Below are positions 13,149-27,400 of a stretch of DNA of 64,000 nucleotides, piece by piece. The DNA is taken from the NCBI GenBank assembly GCA_013239625.1, contig MU053881.1, forward strand, positions 9,385,957 to 9,449,956, given 5' to 3'. Under the pieces are notes generated by a model. It was not told the DNA's origin. It saw nothing but the letters and a program-made list of their open reading frames with translations, and ran no database searches. The translations under genes were made by a program, and so were the position numbers. Each line of letters opens with the position of its first letter. The stretch's first letter is position 1. Source of the DNA: Lama guanicoe (Eukaryota).

Positions 13149-15294
13149 AGTGTCAAATTATAAACTATTTCTACCTTAAAATGTTGGATACTTAAAAGCA
13201 AGTATTTACGTGCATAATGTTTAATTTTGTTTCTAATCATCCAAGGAAAAGGGATTATAAATTTACTTGCCTTCATTTTTCTTGTTTCTGCCCTATGGAT
13301 TATATATTCTATTAAAACATAGCAGGTTTGCACATACTAGCATTTAAGTCTGCTGGACTATGCTTTGTAGCAGCTGATTAGAAAGAATATAAGGAGCCAT
13401 AGAAGTCTCTACACTTCTGTCCAAATTTCCCTTTGCAAAGTTCTCACAAGTGATTTTTATTCCTTAGGTAATAAAGGAGCTTGCTTCAACTTTCTTCACA
13501 GCCAGCCTACTGAACCTCTTCAGTCTCCATCCCTAATTCCTGTGGGCAAGAACAAAAGCAGAAAAAAGCCAGAGACCAGAGATACCTTTTCATGGTCTTA
13601 ATCAAAGGCTGGGGCTGCCTGAGCCTGACACACACTCCAAGCAGCTCTCACAAGTCGGGATGGTCCAGATGGGCTGGCCACCGCATGCAGCCGGCAAAAA
13701 CAGAGGAAACTACACATTACCGCACCCACCCCCTACCCTGAACCCCTACCTTGACAAAGAAAGGAGAAACTGAAAGGACGGACATCAAATGAGACTGTGG
13801 AGAGATTGCTGTGGGTGCAAGTGCACGTTTACACATGTTCTAGTTTGGGAGAGGAGAGGGATGGATTGGAAATACATCAGGGGACTGCACTGCATAGAGG
13901 TTGGCATCAGTAGGATAGCATCTTGAAAGTAAATTCCACCACTGAATGACTATGGATTTCAGGAAATTACTTACACATTGTTCCTTCATTAACAAAGGTG
14001 GACGGTTCATGGTAGGTCCCCAATAGGGCTGCTGGGGTGATGGGGTAAGAAGTGTTGAACTTAGCACATGATACGTAGCTCATACTCCTACTGAGACCTT
14101 ACGTATTATTAGGCCCCTTATAGTATAAACTGGATCAGAGCCTTCATTACTAACAACCACTAGAATTATACCAGCAACTGATAGTAGTTTGATTGGTTTG
14201 ATTTGCTGCAATAATATGGGGGCAGTAGCTGGAATGGAACTTGGAAGAGCTGAGTTTGAGGCATGGCCGAACCTCTAAGTGGCTGCATTATCTCACACAT
14301 CACTCTTTCAGCTTCAGTTTCCTCATCTTTAAAATAAAAGTGTTACAACCATTGGTCTCAGCTGTAGTGCTAATGTTTAAATCTCTGGGATACACTAGAC
14401 TGGATTATGTTATATGCAAAAAAGTGAAGTGCTGATAGAGGCTGGGGTGGAGTGAGAGAATGTATTCACAAAACAGGTGTCCTAAGGAAGCCACACAGCA
14501 GTAGATTGTTAGCTAACCAAGTTAACACCCATTCGAGACCTGCTCATGGTAACCTAAGAGGCTCCACTCTGGCAACGCAAATGAGTTACCTGCAATGAAG
14601 TCAGAGTTGCATTTCTATTTGATGACGAATTCTGTCACCTTACTCTTCTGCTGGATTTGAAATCTCTAAGCCCTCCCACGAATTCTGATTTTTAAAAGAC
14701 AAACATGGCTTTGGCGACCACTGCAAAATGCGTTCTAATCAGAGCCTCAATGCTGGGTTTTTTTTAAGACATCAGCAGAGCTTGCCACTTCAAATAATGT
14801 GACCTACAAACCTGAGGACGTTTTATAAGAGGACCTACTATCACCAAGATCAGTGTGCCTATAACTTGTTAACCCGAAGTGGAAAGTCTGGAAAAAATTA
14901 AAAGCACAAAGGAAGGAAGGGAGAAAAAGGAAGGGAAGAAGAAAAGGGAAGGGGAAGGACAGAAAACAAAAGATAAAAAAGGAGAATGCTTTGTTGAATG
15001 GGATTTCTTGCAATAGCAAATTCATTGTTTGCTTGGCCAAGTCTAAAATGGGCCACTGAGCTCCCGTTTTCAGAGACAGAGGTGGTGCTCATGCAGATGG
15101 TATTTTAATAATTTTCCATCATTAAGTATATCTGGAAACAAATTATTTTCAAAAGACAAACTCTTTTAAAATTAACATTGAGGGAATATTTTCAAAGTTC
15201 ATCAAGTACCTTTCATGAACTGTAAGCAAGTTCCAGTGTCTTTCAGTCAAACCCAAATGGTGACCATAGATCTGCCTAAGGTCAGTTCTTGTTT

Positions 15295-15545
15295 TAAGTT
15301 TGGTTAAGATCATAGGTCCAGAGTCAGGATTCCTAGGCTAGAACTCAACTCCACTGTTTTATAACTGTGTGAACTTCAGCAAGCTACTCATAGTCTTTTC
15401 CTCTGAGTTTTCCCATTGCCAAATAGGCAGAGTAAAAATAATCATAAAGGTTTGATGGGGTAATAAATAAAACAATTCATAAAAGCATTTAAAATAGTAT
15501 CTGGAATACCATAAGTGCTCAATAAATATAAAGCTGAAATTATTA
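15295..15545 (+). mobile_element. MIR SINE
   Basis: GGTTAAGA...AGAGTCAG...CTGTGTGAACTT...CTCTGAGTTTTCCCAT...AAAGCATTTAAAATAGT...TAAGTGCTCAATAAAT. Confidence 0.75.
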
Positions 15546-16199
15546 GTAGGGCTCATATTTAAGTGTTTTTAAATGTTATATATTTTGTTATAAAATAGGA
15601 CATACATCAACTCATAATTGGATGCAGACAAGGTAACCTATACCAATGATTTAATGAGTTTATTATAATGCCATCGAAATTTTCTCCAACACTGCTGCCA
15701 TATTGGGTGAAGCCAAGGCAATCACTGAATTCATGAGCCTAGAAGGTAGACCTTGGGAAGCTGACACAGATTCTTCTAAATCTCCTTGATTTTCTAAGAC
15801 ACCAATGTTATGCCAGTCTTGCTGTTTAGACACCTACTTTTAAAAACACACCTTCCCCACTACGTAGGTCAATCCACATCCCTCTCCTTGATGCAAAGGG
15901 GCAAGAACACCAAACATCCACGCCAACCACGAACTAGAAAGCACCAGCAACTCTAGTCTCTCTTTCACTTCCCTGGACGTACTCTAATCCAGTTCTGATG
16001 CCACCATTTGCACATCCCTGAGGAATGTGCCCTATACTGGCTGGCCCAAGGACACAAGGAAATACGTGATCATTCCAAATTTCTTTGCAATTGTTATTCT
16101 TTTAATTAAAAGGCTTACAAATTTGCAAGGGAGACTGATCAACTTGTCTAAAATATTTGTTTTCTTAATAATAATGATGATAAAAAATATTTATAGGAA

Positions 16200-16392
16200 T
16201 AATAATAGCAGCTACTACATAACAGACACTAGGTATTGCTTTAAGACACTTATGTAGAGGTTAGCTCATTCAACAACCTTAGGGCGTGATATAATCATTC
16301 GCACTTTACATGTGAGAGATTTGGGACCAATAAGAGAAATAAGTAGTTCTAGGGGTCCCACAGTCAGAAACGGCTGAAGGCAGAACTTCAAG
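16200..16392 (-). mobile_element. MIR SINE fragment
   Basis: Reverse-strand MIR core pattern (CTCATTCAACAACCTTAGG...CACTTTACATGTGAG...GGTCCCACAG). Confidence 0.55.
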
Positions 16393-16459
16393 CAATTACA
16401 ATAGTTCTCCTCCCATTTTCTTTGATTTGGCCCAAAAATCCATTAAGAATTCAGCCTAG

Positions 16460-16628
16460 GGGGAAGGGTATAGCTCAGTGGCAGAGCATGTGTTTAGCAA
16501 GCACGAGGTCCTGGGTTCAATTCCCAGTACCTCCATTAAAAAAAAAAAAAGTAAATAAATAAATCAATCTAATTACCTCCCCCCAAAAAAGAATTAAAGA
16601 AAAATTAAAAAAAGAAAAAAGAAAATAA
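16460..16628 (+). mobile_element. tRNA-Ala-derived SINE, camelid Vic-1 type, full length
   Basis: GGGGAAGGGTATAGCTCAGTGG...GGTTCAATTCCCAGTACCTCC head (A box 16471-16481, B box 16514-16524), CTAATTACCTCCCCCC tail motif and A-rich tail. Perfect 15-bp TSD AAGAATTCAGCCTAG at 16445-16459 and 16629-16643. Confidence 0.9.
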
Positions 16629-17125
16629 AAGAATTCAGCCTAGTTTCTCCTGTTGCTCAGGAAAGGCTTCCTCCACTTAACATTTTCCTATGTTCATGTA
16701 TTTTACTTACAACCTGTATCACTGATATCGTGTTTCTTTCCTCTTTCTTGATGACTCATGGATTCAGTTTGGAATTTACATTACATGCACTATGGTTTCT
16801 GAGATTTAAATTCACATCCATTTCTTCCTTAATCTCATACTACCTTTTAAACCAACTTACTTACCTGGTTTGGCATTTGTACTGGCACATAATTCAAAGG
16901 ATCGGTTTGCCTCTTCAACCTGGGATTCAGCCATAAAGTCTACAGGCAGTACCTTCTATTCCTGGCTCCCGTGATATGTGTGCCTCTACCGAGTATCATT
17001 ATTATACTGGAATATGTAGGACATGAAATATAAAAGATAATTAATGGCATTCACAACCCTGAAAGACCATTCTCTACGTACTCGAATGTTCAGTGCTTCC
17101 ATGGTCATGGTTGAACTAATCAGTT

Positions 17126-17146
17126 TGTGTGTGTGTGTGTGTGTGT
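17126..17146 (+). repeat. (TG)10 microsatellite
   Basis: Read directly. Confidence 0.95.
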
Positions 17147-19765
17147 CTGATGAGTGTTTATGAACTCAACCCAGCCCAAGCAAAAAAAAATACAGAGCAG
17201 AATATTCCTCAAGTGACAGGTCACATGAAGAATCCCAAGGAGTGAAGGCATGCTACTCATGGGGATGAAACTGGGGCAAAGCCAAGCGTCCAGGGCCAGA
17301 TGAAATGAATTCTCATCTCCTGCCCCCCTTCCCCAGCAAGACAGAAGCCCCTGGTTCAGTCTGTCACAAAGCTGTTTTCCAGGGAACAAAGCCTATTTCT
17401 GCTCAGGCGGTGCAGCTACCAGCAAAGAAACACCATGATTTCAGCTGCTGTTCAGCTTAGGCGCATAGAAGGCAAAGGAAGCAATTTTGACAAAGAATAG
17501 CAAGAGCTATCCATACAAATGTAGAACAAAAACATTATAAAAAAAAAAGCATAAAAGGTATTGATAATTAATTTCAAATACCATAAGGAAACCATAGCTA
17601 AAGTGAGGGGGAAAATAAAGCCCAACAAAGCCGTCCGAACTGCCGGGGCCAGGAAAGCCAGTGCCCCGACCCTCTGGGCTCAAGTTGCAACGCCCAAGTG
17701 TTTTTTCCTGTAATTACGGTTCTGCTTATCCCAGCTCAGATTCAAAGAAAAACTTGAGTGGATAGAGGATTATTTCATGCTGGGAATAGAGAAGTAAGTT
17801 TGAACAAATTGCCCATTTGTGATTATTTAAATAAAACATCATAATTGGAATATGTTGGTCGATAAAGGCAATTTTTTTTCCTTCTTTCTCTTTTGTGTAA
17901 GAACAATACACTAAATGCTATCTTGATTTTTTTTTTTTGCTGCATTTCTGTAAATACACTGTTTAATGCCAGGTGCCCCCTCAATTTTACATTGTGAGTG
18001 GTGCAGAAAAGAGAAAATGCACTCTGAGTTGTTTTCCATACCACTTGGGCTCCAGCAAATCATTAACAACATTCTCTGCTTGCCTATTGTCTTCTGTGAT
18101 CATTCTCTGCAGCCTGACTCAGTGGTGCTCACGTTAAACAGGGCTTGCTTCTACCACGTTTATTTTAATGGTGGTTCCCTCATATGGTTCCATTTCCCAT
18201 CACTGTGTCCACAGACTCTTCGAAAATACCTCTTTCAAATGGCAGACATTCTCCTCCTCTTTTACTCCCAACAAAACATCTTCTCTTTTTCTCCCAACAA
18301 AAAGGATAGTTTTTGATTTTCATAAATGACAGAACTTCCTGCATTGAAAATTAATCTGTCCCAGGGATGGCTAAGGATGTTTAGACGCCCGATGTCATCA
18401 CTTCCAAAGGCACACACACTCAGGTCTTGAGGTTAAAGGGCTTGGTCTTATTTCCAACACGCCACCCATCAAGCTTTTGATCATCAAAGAGTGTTAGTTG
18501 ACTGGACTTTTCAGCTTTTATATCTACATGTTTGAAATAATTTCTTATTTCACCTGGCTTTTAAGCAGACTTGAACAAGTTATTCTTTCATAATATCCTT
18601 CAATAGATAAAAAAAAAGTATAATTTAAATGTGTATTGTGAGCAAAGTTTGGGTCTGCACATTGGAGAAGACCTGAAGAATGAATCTGCATCCCTGCCCT
18701 CAAAATTAACAAGAAAACCTAAGATATAAACATATGAATGTTAAATTAAAAAAAAAAACTGCAGTGGATCCCAGGTGCTAGAGGAATTAAGAGGAAACAG
18801 AAATGATACTCGGTGGTAGAAAACTGCCCAAGTGCAGTTTCTACCAATCTGAGTTCTTAGACCCTGAAATTACTCAAAATCATCTAATTCAGTTCCTATC
18901 TCGGGTCTTGGATCTCCTTGGGAAATACTTGGTGAGTGGAAGCACCAGGTGTCTATGTATCCCCAGCCTCTTCTTGAACCTCTCTTATGACAGGAAGATC
19001 ACTTCCTGTCAAAAAAAAAAAAAAAAGAACAAACTCATCTTCCCTGCATTATGAAAATTCTTTCCTATATTGATTGGGAACCATGCAAATATCTTACTTC
19101 TACCCGAGGGATAATGCAATTTACTCCCCTGTTTAAGAGCACGGGATCTGGAGTCAGACTGGGTCTAAATCCAGATTTCAAAAATAAATCTCTGGTTTCC
19201 TCTTCCATGATGTTCTTTATATCATAATATAATAACATTTAGGGAAGTGACATGATCAAGGTCACATGCCTGATAAACTACAGAAATGTAGCAAGAACTG
19301 AAATATCCTAAAAACAAAACAAAACAAAACAAAAACCAGTGACTTTGCCACTTTGAAACATTTCAGGAAAGTTTCAAAGGTTTTAGTCCAGACAATATCA
19401 TGATTTCTTCCATAATAAATGGTACTACAAGATTCAAGGTAGATTTCAATATTCCCAATGACCATGTGGCTCAAATGCTTCGTGAGAGACTGGGCATATG
19501 AAAACTAGACAAATTGTCTTAATGAGAAAGAAGCTCGTTAACACCAGCAGTGGTCACTACTATAAGTAAGAAGCCATGATTTCCATTCCCCATTTCTCTT
19601 CCTCTTCTCTCCATTTCTGTATTCGAAACTGAAGCTTGGGAATTTGGCATATATCTTCCAGCTGGATTAATTCAGGAAATTTCTGACACATTTTTCCTAA
19701 TTCCAAGGTCATGCTTCCTCCTTCATACCATTCTCCAAGTTATTATTAGCATAAAACACAGTACA

Positions 19766-19947
19766 ATAAAATAGATAAAAAACAAGGACCTACTGTATAA
19801 CACAGGGAACTATACTCAGTATCTTGTAATAACTTATAACGGAAAATAATCTGAAAAAGAATGACTGAATCCCTTTGCTGCATACCTGAAACTAACACAA
19901 CCTTATAAATCAGCTATATGACAGTTTAAAAAAATAAAGAAACAAAG
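19766..19947 (+). mobile_element. 5'-truncated L1 3' end (cetartiodactyl type)
   Basis: ATAAAATAGATAAAAAACAAGGACCTACTGTATAACACAGGGAACTATACTCAGTATCTTGTAATAAC... with A-rich tail. Degenerate TSD AAACACAGTACA / AAACATAGGACA. Confidence 0.82.
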
Positions 19948-19959
19948 AAACATAGGACA

Positions 19960-22510
19960 CATTGCACCATCTCCCTCTTTAAAAACCTACTGAACCCCAA
20001 ATAACTATAGGACCATGTCCAAACTTCCTGGCAAGCTATTCCAGATTCTTTCAACTAGCCCCATATTTACCTACCCATACCCAGCCTTATCTCACACTGA
20101 GAGAGACACTGCAAGGAGTCAATAAAACCAATCCCTGACACACTCCAACTGTCAATAAACTTTAGCTATTATAATAGCATTTATTCTGGAAGGCACTACT
20201 CTCTTCTGCAACTCCTGTCACTTATCTAATCATTCAACCAATGTGTAGAGAGTTTATATTTTAGTGGGGAGACAAGCAAAAGAGTAAAAATAAATTAATA
20301 AATATAAACTTTGTTCGATGTTGGTAACTAATAAGAAGAAAAATAGAGCAGAGAGAAAGGATACAGTATATTGGTGAGGAGTGTACGCACGTTTAGATCA
20401 GTGGCCAAGGAAGACCTCTGTGTGAAGGTGATATCTGAGCCAAGAGTCAAAAAACAAAGTGAAAGACTGCTTTCATGCGTATCTAGGGAATTCCATCTGG
20501 AAGGAACATCAATGACAAATAGGATGAGGTGGAGCGTATTTGTGGTGTCTGAATTCTGGGAGAAGGTCAGTGTGGTTAGCTCGAATCAAGTGAGGAGAAC
20601 ATTCACAGGAAAATGATTCAGAGATTTAACATGGGAGAAGAACATTTAGGGTACTGTATGTACATCATACTAAGAATTTTACCTTTTTCTTTGAATGTTA
20701 TGAGGAACCATTAGAGGGTTTGAGCAGAGGAACAAGACATTTTTTTTTTAAAGCAGGGTCACACCTGATGCATGTCAAGAGTATCTCCTAAGTTTTTAGC
20801 CTGAAAAACTGGAGGAAGGAAGACACATCATTCCACTTCATTCAGTGATTGTATTTATAAAACCTTTGGGTCCATCTGCTTTTATCCATCTGTGCTCTTG
20901 CTCCAGCCTAACCACCTACATTTTTTATCTAATTTAAGACAATATCATCATAACTGGTTTTCCACTGTCAGCTCTCGTCTCCACTGAGTTAGTCTGTTTG
21001 GGAGAAATTAGGAGGGTCATTTAAACCGATGAAGCCCTGCCATGGCTTATCCATTAATTTAGAACATAACTTTACTCCTGGTGTCTTACAGTGTCTTACC
21101 CTACTTTGCCAGTATCTCCCTCTCTAACATCAGCCCTCTGGCTTTTTGATACATGCTAGAATTCTTTCCCACATCTGGACCTTCACACACTTGTTCCTTT
21201 ACCTAGAGGTTGCCTCTCCCTGTGGTCTTTTGAATTGATAATGTCTTCACTTCCTTTCGATCACAGCTTAAGTGGTAGTTTCTCAGAGAGGCTTTTTCTG
21301 ACCATGCTGTGTCAAGTATGTCACGCCCTGATATTCTATTACCCACCATTCATTCATTCATTCATAACTTCAGCCGATATTTGATCAAGCCCCTACATGC
21401 CAGTACTGTCTTAAGGGCTATTCTCTTCTTCTCATTGCATTCATCCTAATTTGTGACTATACTTCATATTTATTCCTGTCTTCCCAGCTGGACTACAGGC
21501 TCCACAGGAGCCGTATTTGTTCTGCTCACCATCTTATTATTTCCAGTGTGTGACAGGGAATGAAAATCCAAATAATGCTATTCAGAATCTGCTGGGTTTT
21601 CCTTCAGATTTCTATCATAAATTTTATTTCATTAACATTTATATCACAGGTCACTATAAATCGTTCTTTTCCTAGTAGTGTGCAGCTCATCTGAGACAGA
21701 AACCATTTCTTTATCATTATGATATTTTTCAAAAGGCCTAGCTTGGTTTTGTAACTACAAGTACGTCTTGAATTTAACTCGTGACTGGGTAGAACATTGG
21801 GGTTATCTCCAACATCGCAAATGAAAGTTCCTTAGGAGACTTGACTTCATTCCATTTTAAAAGGGTGGGGTAAAATGACTAAGGTTCTCGGTCAGCCCAG
21901 AAGTTTAACAACAAAGTAAATGCACTTTCCATGCTTCAAATCTAATGACTTCCTAATATCAAAAAATACCAAATGATCATAGCCTCCAGAAGCCTATAAA
22001 ATATGTCCATATGTCCTGCTTTCTTCACCAAACTCACATTGCAGGACAATTTCCCTTCCCCCGTCCATGAAGGTTCAGCCCTGCGGGCCTTTCTTCAGTC
22101 CTAAACTGCACAGAGCACACCCCTCCCCCGGCCTGTGCACTGACCACACCTCTACCCAGAATGCCCTTCACCTCAGTGTCCACAGCTCAGGCTTCTGCTC
22201 CTCCTCTGGATTCCAAGCCAAATGTCACCCTTTCAGAGAGGTCTGTGCAGAAAGTTCTGTGCTGGGTCCTTTCTTTACTCTTCTCCAGAGTACCCTGTAA
22301 TTGCTCTGCTTATCTTTTTCTTCTCAGTACTTAGTACTCACTGAAATTAACTTATTTCTTTATTTACGAATTCATGGTTGATCTCCTCACTATAGAATAT
22401 AAGTTCAATGTAACACCAATCTTGGTGTGTTCCCCACTACTCTCCTAGAAAAATGCCTGGCGTGTGCTTGAACGTGCATGGTAAGTATTTGCAGGATGAA
22501 GTGAATTAAT
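19960..22510. mobile_element. Cluster of L2 LINE fragments in both orientations
   Basis: A minus-strand piece at about 20230-20830 (GGAACCATTAGAGGGTTTGAGCAGAGGA). Plus-strand pieces at about 20900-21560 and 21920-22510 (AAATGTCACCCTTTCAGAGAGG; terminal GTATTTGCAGGATGAAGTGAAT). Confidence 0.6.
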
Positions 22511-24234
22511 GCATACATAATTAAAATACTCCACTGGTATTTATTATAAACAGTCACACAGGATACAGCTCTTGAACTGTGTGTAAGCTAAAATCCACAA
22601 GACCTAATTAAGAGCAGAAGCAGAACAATTCTAAATTCTAAACCTGGAAATCACGTAAGTCTCTTTGGATAAGAGGTTATACAAGAAATAAAGAAGGTTT
22701 CTGGAACACATGTACAGGATGATGGACTCTTAACACGGTCTATGGTTCCTAGATTCCCAGAATTAGGCTTTTCTCCTCTGTGGGTCTCCAGAAACTAGCG
22801 TGTTTCCTGGCTCACATGAAACCTACAATGGATGCTTGTCGAATTGATCTGAAATTAGAACAGAACCCTATGCCAGAACATTTGCTGCTGTAAACTCCAG
22901 CATCACTCAAACTATATTTAAACCATATTTACTTATTTATAAGTATCATTTAAATACATGAATATAAATTCTTGTCAGCTAATTTCCAGTGATTTACTGA
23001 AATGCTCTATTTAAAAATGTCAAGTGGCCATTAGCAGTAAACCTCCAAAACTTTATCTGCCATAATATTCCTACTTAAATATTGTCATTGCGTTATTTCA
23101 TTTTATTAGCTTATTTTTAAAATCTTTCTGAAACTGGTTGAAAGTTCCTAATAGCCATGTGTTCTCAACCTAAGGTGATTAAAACCCGTGGGGCAGAAAC
23201 AGAAGGGGAACTCTCCACGGACTTACAAAACATCACTGTTCTAGTTGCCAGTAGAGGCTGCTAGAGTGGGTTTGCCCTTGAATAAGACTGAAAGGCACCG
23301 ATACTGAAATGTGCCTCTTTAGGCCAAATTTAGTCTCTCTGGACCCTCTGCAGACTTAGAAGGAAGTTGTTGGGTTAGTTAACTTCATTTTGTTTCCTTT
23401 ATTCCATAACTTATTTCAGCCATCTTCCCAAAGATCAATTTTCCTGGTTATAGAATAATGATATGATTAATATCTTAAGGCATTACACATAAAATTAAGA
23501 ACACTTATAGTCACATCTATTTCTATTTCGTATTTATTTCTAGAGTCTTGTCTTTAGTTCTCCCCAAATGCACTGTGGCCCAAATGACTGCTCTTAGGAA
23601 GAGGGGTTTAGCCACCTGGTTCTATTTAGACCTTTCCATATGTGGTAAATAGAGAAAGGATGGAATTCCATACTTTCATACCTGCATTCCAGTTTTATGA
23701 TTATATTGGAGCTTTCCTTGGAGAAGCTCATGTCCAGAATTATTAGCTCAAACTAAAACAATTAAATATTAAAAAAAAATAATTAGTGAACTTGCTTTAA
23801 AATGAGACTTAGTTGGCAAAGAAGAATCACATGATGTCTCTGAGGAGTACACAGTTTAAATAGACAGCAATCATGTCTCTCTGGCTGCAGTGCCATTTGC
23901 AAGTTCTAAATATTAACAACAGTGTGTTTCCTAGAGTGCACACAACCGTGTTTCTCAAGAATGAACCGTACAGCCAGACCGCTGATGGAAGCTACCATGG
24001 CTTCCTATAGTGGTATCATCAGTTGAGCTCCTTCAGTGGGTGAGACACTGCAGTCCCCGCTTCACACAATCTGCCTCCGACCTCCACGCCAACACTGCAG
24101 GGTAAATGCCACCTGCACTTCACCATGAAGAACACACCAGTGTGAGTGGGTGGTTTACTCTAGGTCAAAGTCTAATGAGGGTCACAGCTAACACGAATCC
24201 AAACTCTGGTCTTTCAGACTGTACGGGATACCTA

Positions 24235-24405
24235 GGCTCTCTAGCTTGATCTGCCATCGGAACAGTCAGGTGGGCCTGTTAAAACCCAGGCCTCTGGGCT
24301 CATCTCCGGACTTGCTGACTCAGGAGGTCCTAGGTGGGGCCTGATGATATGTTCGCAGGTGATGATGTCACTGGTCCCAGACCACACTTTGGGTACTGTT
24401 CTCTT
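24235..24405. mobile_element. hAT-Charlie MITE (MER5A-like)
   Basis: TGTTAAAACCCAG...CTGGGCTCATCTCC...TGACTCAGGAGGTC..GGTGGGGCCTGA...CAGGTGATG..G...CTGGTCCCAGACCACACTTTG. Confidence 0.65.
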
Positions 24406-27400
24406 ACATCACGTTCCTGGTTAGAAACGGAAGTCCTGGCAGTAAGACCAGCCAAGTACTGGTCTTACTACAGACGTTTTACATATACTTTTGTGAAATT
24501 TAAAAATATATCAATGTAACATTTATCTAAATGTTTACAGATGGTTACTTCTGGAATTTCAGGCAATTTTTAGCTTTCTTTATACCCTTCTTAACTGTTT
24601 GACCTTAAATTTTATTACTGATGAATAAAAAACGAATTGCATTTAGGAAAAAAAATGAAACCAAAAACCTCACAAGCATGACATTCACAGGGCTCTCAGC
24701 ATCTCAATGCCTCTTCTAGGGAGGAGAATATACATACACACACACAGACACATGTATTATAGACATACGTATGCAGCATACACGTATTCTTATGCGTAAA
24801 ACAAGGAGACAAACTTCGTATTTTAGGCTACTCTAGGTTAGGAAGATCTGAGTTCAAATTCTGAACCAAGGGCTTATTCCACTTGGCCACACCAGTAAAT
24901 TCACTGCTTCACATCTGTTTCTTTAGCTGTCCATTTAGAAGGTTGGGCTAGAATCATACATTGCAGAGTTAAAGGACATTTAAAAGACTATCTCGCCTCC
25001 AAAGTTCAGTCCAGTTCTATCCACTGCACTAATGTAAATTCTCCTTTCAGGATTTGAAGGAGAAAAGATCAAGTATCAGGCACCCTGAGATGTGAGGGTC
25101 GTTTAGATGAGACCGGAACAAACTGAAGGGTGTTCAACAAGATGGTTAAGGATGTGGGGCCAGTTGGTCAAAATTACCCCTGCTGCAGTTTTACATTTTT
25201 AAATGATATTGTATTACATAATGATAGCACATGACCGCTTACATTCTGCAAATTATGCCAGCTAAAGGAAATACCCTGGTATTCATGAGATGCTTAGTGC
25301 ATCTGTCACCATGGCCTTATGGCCCAAATCAAAGTGATCGGAGCTATTAGGATGATTTCCCTATTTGTGTGAGTTTTAAAGACTATAGTTTTGGAGTCAG
25401 TGGCAGATGACCTGCTAATGGTATTTAATGGTTTTCTCAACAAATTGTGAAGTACCTTGAATGACCTACCAGTTAAGTATAGAAAAAAGGAAAATGGGAA
25501 TTTTAACCACTTAATGCTTTATTCCCCCTTGTTTTTCTTTTGGACAACAGTGTTAGATTTCCACCTTCCAGAAAGAGTAGGGAGAGAAAAAAGGGGGAGA
25601 GAAAAGGAAATTAAAATTTTTTTTGAGCACTGTGCTAAACATTTGATATGAGCCATGGTATTTGATCTTCATAAATGCTACAGAAGAAGGAAATAGCTTT
25701 ATTTTGGAAATGAGGAAAAGGTACAGAGAATTTGCATAACTGAGGTCACAGAGCCGGGGGCAAGGCAGTGGGGTTTGAATGTGGTCTCTCTGAGTGAAGA
25801 GAACAAGTGCTTATGGGACGTTCCCGGGGTGGGGGGGTAAGAAATGCTCAGATTCTCTCTCCACGACGCAGGGGGCCTAAAAGGGACAAGAGGAGACTCC
25901 AAGTCCACTGAAGCTGAGATATGGTCTCCAGTGGGTCCCTTACTGATATTCCTTAATTTTGTCATTGTTGTTGTTCGGTTTTTCTTAAAACAAACATTTT
26001 TTGGCACCTAAGTAAATTAGCATCACAAACGAGCACATCAAAGAAAGTCAAGAAGAAAACAAAACAAAATGAAAAACAAACAAACAACCACCACCACAAC
26101 AACAAAAACAAAGCAAGAGGTTCAAGAGCCAGGCAGACATTAAGGGGAAACAAAGTCTGAGCAGAGGAGGCTTCCTAGAGCTGAGAAACAGGGAAAGCAA
26201 AGCAAAACACAAAGCAAGCAGGCCTGGGTGACAGAGTGATCTGGCCATCCTAGCCTTCACTGCCTCTTCCCCTTCTACCTTAGCGAACAGCCTAATCATT
26301 AGCCTGGAAACAAGGGGCAGGCCTTTGGCTGAGAACCCAAAGTCAAGGAAAGTTAGAGTGGACAACTTCCTGGCCAGGAATTTTCTCACCCTGGGAGCAG
26401 GTGATAAATCCTGCAGGGCTCATGTCTGCCAAAGGGGAAAAATATCTACACTCCACATAAAGTTCATTTCAGTGCTTCTAGGGGACCCCTGCCTGTCAGC
26501 CTCCAGATAGGAAAAGGGGAAAGACAGCCTAAAAGAAAGAAGCTTCAAGAGTGACACTCATTTCCTTTCCTATCTTGGTCTGAACACCTCCAAAATGTTT
26601 TTTGTGTTTTTTTTTTTGCCTGTTTTGATACATTGCCAAACAAACAAGACTGCATCTTACTCTTGGACTCAAATGTCTTCATTTTGTGCATATGCATCAC
26701 AGCTAGAATCGCCGGTGAAGAACATCCATTTTTTTTTAAATAAAAATATTTTTGACTGAACTAGCAATTTTCTAACTCTTTCTTGGTAACAAGAGTTTGT
26801 TTGAAAATGGAGAATTTATTTCAGGGGCCCTAAAGCTTCAGAGAGTAGGTGCTCTTTATCCTAGGTAGGGACTTAAAACAGCAAAACAGGGAATGAGCAT
26901 GACAGGTGTGTTCCGGATGCATTTTTGTCATTATAGGAAGAGGTCCCTCTAAAAGAAAAAGGAATACTTGAAAAGGAAGGTCTGAATAATTCTTAAAGAA
27001 AGTTCTTTCTATGTGGCTGGGCCCTGAATGATCTACTTCTGTGTCTACCAAAAAAGAAGGGGAGAATCTGAGATGTCCTTTAGGACAGGATTCACCTGCA
27101 TTTGTAAGGATCTATCTTTTCCTGAATGAAGTCCATTTCCTCTTTTGAGCCCTGACTATGTTCGGTGTGCTGGTTTTTCTACTGCCTTTTGCAGTTTAAG
27201 TGCATTCATTTTTTTTCATACATATTTCACTCCCATTAGACTATAAGTCTGTCCACCCCACAAATACTTTACTGAGCATCAAGTATGTGCTACAATGCAA
27301 ACACTGTAAGTTAGACTGAGGACCTATGCCTTATTTGGTTTTGATTCTTTTCTTCATCTATCATAAGATGGGAAGCATAGAAGCACTTATTTCATAGGGT

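Noticed and set aside
16460..16536. tRNA-Ala(AGC)-like gene
   Set aside because: It has a SINE tail, A-rich end and 15-bp TSD, and there are three diverged siblings in the window, so it is a retroposed SINE and not a tRNA gene.
16859..16867. Perfect donor CAG|GTAAGT on the minus strand
   Set aside because: I found no convincing upstream acceptor at exon distance; isolated consensus donors are common in long introns.
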